DNA of 33,971 nucleotides from IMG/VR virus record IMGVR_UViG_3300030330_004799, positions 1 through 33,971 of that record. One strand, 5' to 3'. The translations under genes and the position numbers were made by a program. The stretch comes from a virus. Lineage: Duplodnaviria; Caudoviricetes. Under the pieces are notes generated by a model. The model saw only the letters and a program-made list of their open reading frames with translations. It made no database searches and had not been told where the DNA came from. Positions 17,036 through 24,411 of this stretch are shown here, piece by piece (position 1 is the stretch's first letter; each line of letters begins with the position of its first letter).

Positions 17036-17440
17036 ATGAAAAAATCGGAACTCAAAAATATTATTAAAGAATGCGTCAAGGAAGTAATCTTTGAAGAGGG
17101 AGTTCTTTCTAATATTATTACAGAAGTCGCACAAGGTATCTCCCCCCTTTTGCAAGAAAGCACCTCCTCTAGGCCAGCGACTTCAGAAATGCCTAGGAAG
17201 GCCACTCCCCCCAGCCAGCAGAGAAAAACTGTTTTAGACGCAATTGGGCAAAACAGTTATGCTGACCTCAAGAAACAATTTCAGAACCCTGAAGTGTTTG
17301 AAGGTACGACGCCACTAAAAGAATCACAACAAGGTGCGCCGCTTTCGGGTGTTGACCCAAGGGATCCTGGTGTAGATATTAGTAACTTGCCCGGTATGGG
17401 CACTTGGGGCAGGGTAGCCTCGCAGAAAGGAATGAAATGA
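17036..17440 (+). CDS. Hypothetical protein with MKKSELKxIIKE leader
   Basis: 134-aa ORF with AAGGA upstream. Shares the leader motif. Confidence 0.7.
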   Translation: MKKSELKNIIKECVKEVIFEEGVLSNIITEVAQGISPLLQESTSSRPATSEMPRKATPPSQQRKTVLDAIGQNSYADLKKQFQNPEVFEGTTPLKESQQGAPLSGVDPRDPGVDISNLPGMGTWGRVASQKGMK

Positions 17441-17715
17441 GAAACCGTAAACAAAAGAAACTATCAGGTGTTGTCTGTGTTTCTCTAGAAGAGACTCGTG
17501 GAGACAGCGAAAAATTAGTGCGTAGGTTTATCAAAAAAGTAAAGAATGACGGGATCATTGATGAGGTAAGAGAACGCCGCTATTATAAAAAGCCATCCAT
17601 ACGTCGTCGAGAGGATAAAGCTCGAAGAGAACGTCTGATTCAAAAAGAGAATAAACGTAGAGAAGAACTACTTAAACCTAGAGACCGTACTGCGGCAAAA
17701 AGAAAACGGAGGTAA
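17437..17715 (+). CDS. rpsU: Phage-encoded 30S ribosomal protein bS21
   Basis: SEKLVRRFIKKVKNDGIIDEVRERRYYKKPSIRRR matches the bS21 consensus (E.ALRRFK....GI..E.R.R..YEKPS..R). ATG 17437 overlaps the upstream TGA. Confidence 0.88.
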   Translation: MRNRKQKKLSGVVCVSLEETRGDSEKLVRRFIKKVKNDGIIDEVRERRYYKKPSIRRREDKARRERLIQKENKRREELLKPRDRTAAKRKRR

Positions 17716-17718
17716 AAA

Positions 17719-18210
17719 ATGGCAAAATCACCGGATACGACCGAGTACTTTAATAGCTTTTATAGTACCGGACCAGGGCTAGGTAATGCTGCCTCTTATA
17801 TTGTTTCTGGGACTCCGTGGGTTACTGGATCAAGCCTAGGTGCGGGAGAAGAAGATGAGATTATTCTTCCCGCAGTAGCAAAATCTATACAGATTTGGAA
17901 CAAAACCCCCGGCAACAATAATCTTAATAGTACTATTCTTTTGCACTTTGACAGTAAAAGTGATGCCGACGCCACTAACAATGTAATTGCCACTAAACAT
18001 TTTCTTACTTTGACAGGATCGGGTCCGGGACAACCAGCCTCATCTACTGTTACTCTAAACACTAAATGTGACAAATTTTATCTGTCGCATTCCGAGACTG
18101 GAGCAGTGGTGACGGCGGAATATGAAATTTTAGCTGTCTTAACTGGTATCGCCCCCGTCCAAATGTTTGAGCTTACGGGTTCAGGTATCAACACATACAA
18201 TATAGTTTAG
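17719..18210 (+). CDS. Putative capsid-associated protein, tandem paralogue A
   Basis: SD GGAGG. Homologous over its length to 18221..18694 and located in the head module. Confidence 0.65.
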   Translation: MAKSPDTTEYFNSFYSTGPGLGNAASYIVSGTPWVTGSSLGAGEEDEIILPAVAKSIQIWNKTPGNNNLNSTILLHFDSKSDADATNNVIATKHFLTLTGSGPGQPASSTVTLNTKCDKFYLSHSETGAVVTAEYEILAVLTGIAPVQMFELTGSGINTYNIV

Positions 18211-18220
18211 GGTTCTAAAG

Positions 18221-18694
18221 ATGGCTAAATCACCAGATACAACAGAATATTTTAACAGCTTCTACAGCACAGGTCCTGGACTGGGCAATGCCTCATCCTA
18301 TCAGGTTTCGGGCACCCCGTGGGTAACGGGATCTACTGTTACGGACAACGGTGAGGTAATGATAGAGTTTCCAGCAGTCACTAAAAACATTGTAGTTTTA
18401 CACAGAGGGCTTGCTGCCGATACCGATACGGATCTTAGGGTGCATTTTAGAAGTAAGAGCGATGCTTCGGCACCTAACAATGTTATAGCTCGAAAACACT
18501 ACATTAGCATAGATGGACCCCTTGGTGGTCAAGGGGCATTTGGACAATTGAATATCCCTTGTAAGTGCAAGCGTATGTATATATCGTCTGCCGGAGCGTC
18601 CGGAAACACAGCCAGGTTTGAAATTCAAGCCGAGCTTACTGGGATTGCTCCTGGTGAAATGTTTGAGCTAACTGGTTCGGGGATAACCTCCTAA
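18221..18694 (+). CDS. Putative capsid-associated protein, tandem paralogue B
   Basis: First 24 aa identical to paralogue A. Shared SGTPWVTGS, FxSKSDA, NNVIA.KH and MFELTGSGI. Confidence 0.65.
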   Translation: MAKSPDTTEYFNSFYSTGPGLGNASSYQVSGTPWVTGSTVTDNGEVMIEFPAVTKNIVVLHRGLAADTDTDLRVHFRSKSDASAPNNVIARKHYISIDGPLGGQGAFGQLNIPCKCKRMYISSAGASGNTARFEIQAELTGIAPGEMFELTGSGITS

Positions 18695-18739
18695 CTTATT
18701 AAACATATGCAATCAAAATGTCATTTGATTCAATCGCCT

Positions 18740-18747
18740 ACTATTTA
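18740..18747 (+). promoter_or_regulatory. Putative late-promoter motif ACTATTTA
   Basis: Intergenic, upstream of the scaffold-capsid operon. Confidence 0.65.
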
Positions 18748-18783
18748 ATTTGATATATTGTCACCACTTGAGAGGAAAACCAT

Positions 18784-19749
18784 ATGTCAAACATGCTTGA
18801 ACAGGCTATTATAGATGCCAAGTCTTTAAGAGAGGCTGCCCTAAAGGACGCAGAAACTGCCTTATTGGAGAAGTACGCTAGTGAAGTACAAGAATCTGTG
18901 TCTAAAATTCTTGAACAAGAGGACGATCAAGTTGAATTGAACGTTGGCGGTGGTGATGAAGAGGTTTCTATTATGGCAGATATTCCCGCTGCTCATGATC
19001 CCTCCGAAGAGGATGAGCAAGTAGTTGTCTTAGATTTAGATCAGATTATTGCTGCCGCTGATGCCGAAGACGGCGAAGAAGAATACGAAATGGACGCTGG
19101 CGAAATAGCGGACGAAGTAGGCATTGAAATAGAAGACGATGCACCCGCAAATCGAGATGATGAAATAGAATTATCCGAGTCTGAACTGGTAGATATCTTT
19201 CAAGAGATGCTAAAGGTCGATATAGACAAAGAAGATCTTGAAGATGCGATGATATACGACGAAGAAGCACTGGCAGAAGAAGAGGAAGAGATGGCAATAC
19301 CTTCGGTTTCTCTTGATGCTGGTATGGACAAAGAAGACAGCGAAGAGCGAGAACGCCTCCGTCTCAAGTCTGACGCACTTCAAAAAGAAAATAAGAATTT
19401 AAAGAATATTCTAGGACGAGTAAAGACGAAGCTTGAAGAAGTGAATCTTGCGAATGCTAGATTATTATACGCAAACAACGTGTTGAGGGATGACTCCCTG
19501 AATGAGCAGCAAAAGAATAAAATTGTTGATATGATCTCCGAAACACGTTCAGTGGATGAAGCAAAGATGGTTTTTGAAACCCTTCAAAAGACACTGGCGG
19601 GAAGCACTAGCCGACCGCAACAATCATTGTCTGAAGTTGTGTCAAGAAAATCTTCTGTGATTCTTAGCGGACACCGAAAGGAAAAAGCCACTGAACAAGA
19701 CCCAGGATTAAACCGCTGGGCTGTTTTAGCAGGTATCAAAAATAAATAA
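18784..19749 (+). CDS. Prohead scaffolding/core protein (T4 gp22-like position)
   Basis: Very acidic with a coiled-coil C-terminal half. Lies immediately upstream of the major capsid gene. Confidence 0.75.
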   Translation: MSNMLEQAIIDAKSLREAALKDAETALLEKYASEVQESVSKILEQEDDQVELNVGGGDEEVSIMADIPAAHDPSEEDEQVVVLDLDQIIAAADAEDGEEEYEMDAGEIADEVGIEIEDDAPANRDDEIELSESELVDIFQEMLKVDIDKEDLEDAMIYDEEALAEEEEEMAIPSVSLDAGMDKEDSEERERLRLKSDALQKENKNLKNILGRVKTKLEEVNLANARLLYANNVLRDDSLNEQQKNKIVDMISETRSVDEAKMVFETLQKTLAGSTSRPQQSLSEVVSRKSSVILSGHRKEKATEQDPGLNRWAVLAGIKNK

Positions 19750-19767
19750 AAAAGGAGATTTACAATC

Positions 19768-21522
19768 ATGTCTGTAATTGATACATTGACAGAAGGCATT
19801 AGACAGCGTTCTCTTGCCAATGAAGGTGAAGCTCTTCTTGAGAAGTGGGAGCGTACTGGACTCCTAGAAGGACTCGACGATCACGCCCGTGGTTCGATGG
19901 CACGCCTTCTGGAAAACCAAGCCGCCCAACTCCTCAAAGAAACCAGCACAATGGCTGCTGGTGACGTTGAAGGCTTTTCCGCAGTTGCATTTCCAATCGT
20001 CCGCCGTGTTTTCGGTGGTCTGTTGGCACAGGACCTTGTTTCGGTCCAACCCATGAGCCTCCCCTCGGGACTCATTTTCTTCCTCGACTTCACGTTTAGT
20101 GCAGACAGTGGGATGAAAGACCCATCCTCGACAGGTAGTCGATTGGGTGAACTGGCAAACACCTCGATCTATGGCGGCGGTGTTGTTGCCAAGGGAATCG
20201 AAGGTGGTGTAGACCTGGGAGCAGAAAACCAGCAGTTGAGTTTTTACAACTTGAATGATGGCTTTTCTAGTCCGACAGGAAGTGTCACTGTTGTTACAAC
20301 CGTCGCCGCCGGCGATTCCGGAACTTACGGTGACGCACAAACAAGCCCAGGTGGACGTTTTTATACGCTTTTCCAGGGTGATCCGTCGCTTGTTTCGGGT
20401 ACCAGCACTTATGCTGTGACCGATGACATTGCTCGTAACGTGCTTGAGGGCTTGGCTACAGGGTCGTTTATTGACCTTGTTCTTTCTGGTTCGAACGGTA
20501 TTGGACAGATGGGACCAAACGCTGGTTCTTATCATGCACGTCACTTGACTCGCTTGTCCATGTCGGCTGACCACTCTGTGGAAAGCTCTACAGTAATTCA
20601 GGCAGTTGCAGTTTCGCCCGGTGGTCTTCGAACCGATGCCCAGCTTGCTACATCGCTTGGTGCTTCGACCACGGCTTTTATTCCTCTCGCTGACACTTTT
20701 GCTGCCGGTGGCGCAATTGGTTCGGTTGTTGGCGCTCCACAGTGGGGCTTGGAAAATCAAACAGCAATCCCCTCGATTGACATCAAGGTGGATAGCTCGG
20801 CTGTCACAGCAGTCACCAAGAAGCTCAAGGCTCAGTGGACGCCAGAGCTTGCTCAAGATTTGAATGCTTATCATAACCTCGACGCTGAAGTTGAGCTTAC
20901 AAGCATCCTGTCCGAGCAAATCGCTCTTGAAATTGATCAAGAGATTCTTGGCGACTTGGTTGATGGTGCCAAGGCAACGACTCTGTACTGGAGCCGTAAG
21001 CCTGGTAAGTTTGTGAATCGTGAGACAGGTGCTGACGTTGTTAGCTCGCTGTTCCCTGATTTCACAGGTACTGTGTCGGAATGGTACGAGACTCTTCTCG
21101 AAACCATTAATGACGTAAGTGCTCGCATTCACCGCAAGACCCTTCGTGGCGGAGCCAACTTTATTGTTGTCTCACCAGAAGTTGCTGCTATTCTTGAGTT
21201 CACAAGCGGCTTCCGTGCCGATGTGGCTGTAGATGGCGAGAAGGGATCGTGGGGTGCTATGAAGGCTGGTACTTTGAGCCGTAAGATGGACGTCCATGTG
21301 GACCCATACTTCGTTCGTAACCTTGTTCTTGTTGGACGCCGTGGAAACAGCTTCCTTGAGAGCGGATACGTTTACGCTCCTTACGTCCCACTGCAAGTCA
21401 CTCCCACCATCTTTGGTGTTGACGATTTCGTGCCCCGCAAGGGCGTCATGACTCGTTATGCCAAGCACATGGTGCGTCCTGACATGTATGGACTTGTTGT
21501 TGTTGCTGACCTTGTAAGCTAA
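19768..21522 (+). CDS. gp23: Major capsid protein (T4 gp23-like)
   Basis: LVSVQPMSLPSGLIF, KKLKAQWTPELAQDLNAYHNLDAEVEL...EIDQEI and YAPYVPL...PRKGVMTRY. Strong SD AAGGAG. Confidence 0.96.
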   Translation: MSVIDTLTEGIRQRSLANEGEALLEKWERTGLLEGLDDHARGSMARLLENQAAQLLKETSTMAAGDVEGFSAVAFPIVRRVFGGLLAQDLVSVQPMSLPSGLIFFLDFTFSADSGMKDPSSTGSRLGELANTSIYGGGVVAKGIEGGVDLGAENQQLSFYNLNDGFSSPTGSVTVVTTVAAGDSGTYGDAQTSPGGRFYTLFQGDPSLVSGTSTYAVTDDIARNVLEGLATGSFIDLVLSGSNGIGQMGPNAGSYHARHLTRLSMSADHSVESSTVIQAVAVSPGGLRTDAQLATSLGASTTAFIPLADTFAAGGAIGSVVGAPQWGLENQTAIPSIDIKVDSSAVTAVTKKLKAQWTPELAQDLNAYHNLDAEVELTSILSEQIALEIDQEILGDLVDGAKATTLYWSRKPGKFVNRETGADVVSSLFPDFTGTVSEWYETLLETINDVSARIHRKTLRGGANFIVVSPEVAAILEFTSGFRADVAVDGEKGSWGAMKAGTLSRKMDVHVDPYFVRNLVLVGRRGNSFLESGYVYAPYVPLQVTPTIFGVDDFVPRKGVMTRYAKHMVRPDMYGLVVVADLVS

Positions 21523-21554
21523 AAAATACTTACGGTTGAATAACAACTGAGATT

Positions 21555-21583
21555 ACCCCGTCCTTGTGGCGGGGTTTTCTTTT
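21555..21583 (+). terminator. Rho-independent terminator after the major capsid gene
   Basis: Stem ACCCCGTC / GGCGGGGT with loop CTTGT, followed by TTTCTTTT. Confidence 0.85.
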
Positions 21584-21609
21584 ATACATGGAAGTAAAGG
21601 GAGACTGCA

Positions 21610-21617
21610 ACTATTTA
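21610..21617 (+). promoter_or_regulatory. Putative late-promoter motif ACTATTTA
   Basis: Lies just after the terminator and before the neck gene, where transcription must restart. Confidence 0.7.
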
Positions 21618-21656
21618 CTAAGGTTATATGACTTTCTAGTTCGAGGGATTTCCTAG

Positions 21657-22907
21657 ATGCCTACTAATTTACAACCTTTGAGTCAAGTAAGTGCGGTAGT
21701 TTTACCCGCCACAGGCTCCCATTCCGAGGTCGCCAACTCATTAGCGTATGGGGTGTATACGACAAACGCTTTTATAAGTGGTGCCGTAGACCAAGTTGCC
21801 TATGTTTATAATAAGCTTGGAGGGAACGTCCTCGACCTTGAAATTACTACTGCCAATGTGTACAATGCCTACGAAGAGGCGTGTTTAGAATATTCTTATT
21901 TGATCAATACACATCAGGCAAAAAATGTTTTGTCGGATATGTTGGGAAACACAACAGGATCCTTTGATGAAGACGGTGAATTTACCGGGTCTTTTACAAC
22001 CAAAGCGAATTTGAAATACCCCCGCTTTCAGTTAGGGTATGCTACACATGTTGGTAGAGGTGCCTCTTTACATGTTCCAGTAGGAGCATCCCAACCAATT
22101 TATTCAGCTTCTTTTGCTGCTCGCCAAGATGTTCAGGACTATGACCTTCAGGCGATCATTTACAGCGCCTCAATCGACGGAACATCCGCAGGTGCATCCT
22201 TCACTGGATCGGTGGGAGAAAACGCAATCACGATCCAGAGAGTGTACTATAAAAGCCCCAGAGCCACATGGAGATTCTTTGGTGGTTACCCCGTGGGGAC
22301 TGTAGGTAATTTGTCTACATATGGAATGTATGCAGATGATAGTTCTTATCAATTGGTACCTTCGTGGCAAAACGTTTTGCAGGCATACCAGTTTGAGGAA
22401 GACATGAATGTTCGAGCGTCTCATTACTCTTTTAGAATTAACGATAATAAACTAAGGCTTTTTCCTGTACCCAACGGGATCTTCCCGGAGCGTTTTTGGG
22501 TGGACTTTAGGGTAGCAGAGGAAGCTTATACGGAACAGAGTGACCGCAAATATGGTGCAGATGGCGTTAATAACATGAATGCTTTGCCGTTCCCGAACGT
22601 TCCTTATAAAAATATCAACAGTATTGGTAAGCAATGGATTCGTCGGTTTGCCCTATCTTTGTGCAAGGAAACTTTAGGGCAAGTACGCTCCAAGTTAGGG
22701 TCTATCCCAATCCCCGGTAATGAGGTTTCTCTCAATGGTTCGGACTTAATTAGTCAAGCCAAAGAAGAACAAAATTTGTTACGGGACGAACTCAAGACTG
22801 TTCTTGATGAATTGGTGTATGGTAAACTTATGGAAGGTGACGCAGCGCTGCAAGCTAACCTCAATGAGACACTGAAAAACATTCCTCACGGCATCTATGT
22901 AGGGTAA
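21657..22907 (+). CDS. Neck / head-tail adaptor protein (T4 gp13-like)
   Basis: KLGG.VLDLE near the N-terminus. C-terminal WIRRFALSLCKETLGQVRSK...IPG..VSLNG.DL...AKEE is gp13-like. Synteny agrees. Confidence 0.8.
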   Translation: MPTNLQPLSQVSAVVLPATGSHSEVANSLAYGVYTTNAFISGAVDQVAYVYNKLGGNVLDLEITTANVYNAYEEACLEYSYLINTHQAKNVLSDMLGNTTGSFDEDGEFTGSFTTKANLKYPRFQLGYATHVGRGASLHVPVGASQPIYSASFAARQDVQDYDLQAIIYSASIDGTSAGASFTGSVGENAITIQRVYYKSPRATWRFFGGYPVGTVGNLSTYGMYADDSSYQLVPSWQNVLQAYQFEEDMNVRASHYSFRINDNKLRLFPVPNGIFPERFWVDFRVAEEAYTEQSDRKYGADGVNNMNALPFPNVPYKNINSIGKQWIRRFALSLCKETLGQVRSKLGSIPIPGNEVSLNGSDLISQAKEEQNLLRDELKTVLDELVYGKLMEGDAALQANLNETLKNIPHGIYVG

Positions 22908-22910
22908 CAT

Positions 22911-23411
22911 ATGGCAAACAAATGGACACAACCTGCTTCACCGCCACCTCCGTTGTTTGTCGGTAAAGCAGAACGAAACTTTGTAAAACAAATCAATGAT
23001 GAGATCATTGAAAAGATTATTGGTCAACAGGTTTTGTATTTTGCGATTGATAACAGCAGGACCGATTATAATAAATTATACGGGGAAGCCATTAAAAAAA
23101 CCTTTCTTCCTCCTATAAGAGCTTATACTTTAGTAGAGTACACCGGATCGGAAAGAACTCAAAGCCAATTTGGGTTTGATAGTCTAAAGACCATCACTAT
23201 TCACTTTCACCGCCGTCGCCTAACACAAGACCAAAATTTGTTTGTTCGACTCGGTGATTTTATTCAATACGACAATGTTTACTTTGAGATTGTTGACGTG
23301 TCAGAGCCTCGTTACCTTTTTGGTCAAGACAAGGCTTTTGCTGACGAAACTCCACTAGAGGTATCCGCTGTGTGCCGCCAAGCAAGAAGAGGACTATTCA
23401 ATGCCAACTGA
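22911..23411 (+). CDS. Neck / head-closure protein (T4 gp14-like)
   Basis: E.I..IIGQQVLY...LYGE...FG...GDFI...FEI pattern and position after the gp13-like gene. Confidence 0.7.
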   Translation: MANKWTQPASPPPPLFVGKAERNFVKQINDEIIEKIIGQQVLYFAIDNSRTDYNKLYGEAIKKTFLPPIRAYTLVEYTGSERTQSQFGFDSLKTITIHFHRRRLTQDQNLFVRLGDFIQYDNVYFEIVDVSEPRYLFGQDKAFADETPLEVSAVCRQARRGLFNAN

Positions 23412-24285
23412 TCCCAAAGCCAAGGTGCAAAACGTTGTAGATTTATCTTTGGCTCCGTCAACCCTGGAAACCATTGATCAAGCTTTGTTTGATTATGTTA
23501 ATAAAACGCTCGATATCTATTGTGATACCAACGAAGGATTTGTCAAAGTTCCAGTTGCTTTAGCGCCTCAAGAACGAGCATTTCAAATTAAAGATAATCC
23601 TGAACTACGAACAAGTAATAACAAAATGTTAATCTATCCTGCCATGGCAATCACTAGAAATAATATTGTAAAGAATCCTTCTATGCGAGGAAAGTTCGGA
23701 GTTTATATCCCACCTTATTTTGGGTACTACAAGCGAGGAGGGGCTTATGAGGTAGCCCGAGTGATCAATCAAGAAAAGACTCTTCAACGAGCCAATGCTG
23801 ATTCGATACGAAAATCTGCAACAGGGCAGAATAAAAACTTCCAAACTTTTCCGGGGAACAATAAAAAAATTGTGTACGATATAGTGTCTGTCCCTACACC
23901 CACATATGTGCAGGTTACCTATGCGGTTACTATACGAACTGAATATCAACAACAGATGAATGAAATTCTTGCTCCGTTCATAGCAGGAAGCAGCACACCC
24001 AGCAGATTTAATATTGGGCATAATGGTAACACATTTGAAGCGGCAATACAAGAGGATTTTTCACAAAATAATCCAACCTCCCTAGAGACAAATGAGCGCT
24101 TGTTTGAAACTGTGATTACCGTAGAGGTCTTGGGGTATCTGACAGGCGAAGGCAAAAATCAACCAACACCCGTGGCGGTTTATCGACAGAGTGCTGCGGA
24201 GATTACTATAGGCAGAGAACGAGCAGTTGTTGGAGATAAGCCAGACTTCCACGCTGGAAGGAATGATAAATACCGCAGCGAATAA
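23401..24285 (+). CDS. Tail completion / sheath terminator protein (T4 gp15-like)
   Basis: P.Y..VTY.VTI.T...QQMNEIL pattern. Located between the neck and sheath genes. Confidence 0.68.
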   Translation: MPTDPKAKVQNVVDLSLAPSTLETIDQALFDYVNKTLDIYCDTNEGFVKVPVALAPQERAFQIKDNPELRTSNNKMLIYPAMAITRNNIVKNPSMRGKFGVYIPPYFGYYKRGGAYEVARVINQEKTLQRANADSIRKSATGQNKNFQTFPGNNKKIVYDIVSVPTPTYVQVTYAVTIRTEYQQQMNEILAPFIAGSSTPSRFNIGHNGNTFEAAIQEDFSQNNPTSLETNERLFETVITVEVLGYLTGEGKNQPTPVAVYRQSAAEITIGRERAVVGDKPDFHAGRNDKYRSE

Positions 24286-24332
24286 ATTCAAAATCCTCAA
24301 GTTGATAAGAAGGGAGTTTGGGTGTTCGAGCT

Positions 24333-24340
24333 ACTATTTA
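24333..24340 (+). promoter_or_regulatory. Putative late-promoter motif ACTATTTA
   Basis: Intergenic, upstream of the sheath gene. Confidence 0.65.
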
Positions 24341-24411
24341 GTATTAGCGGAAATCGTTTTAAACAAGGAACGATCATCGCCACTACAGATTGCACAAGAG
24401 GAAACAAATAA

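Noticed and set aside
19864-21132. 422-aa minus-strand ORF opposite the major capsid gene
   Set aside because: It lies entirely antisense to a highly conserved gene and has no recognisable motifs. It is best explained as a shadow ORF produced by capsid codon bias.
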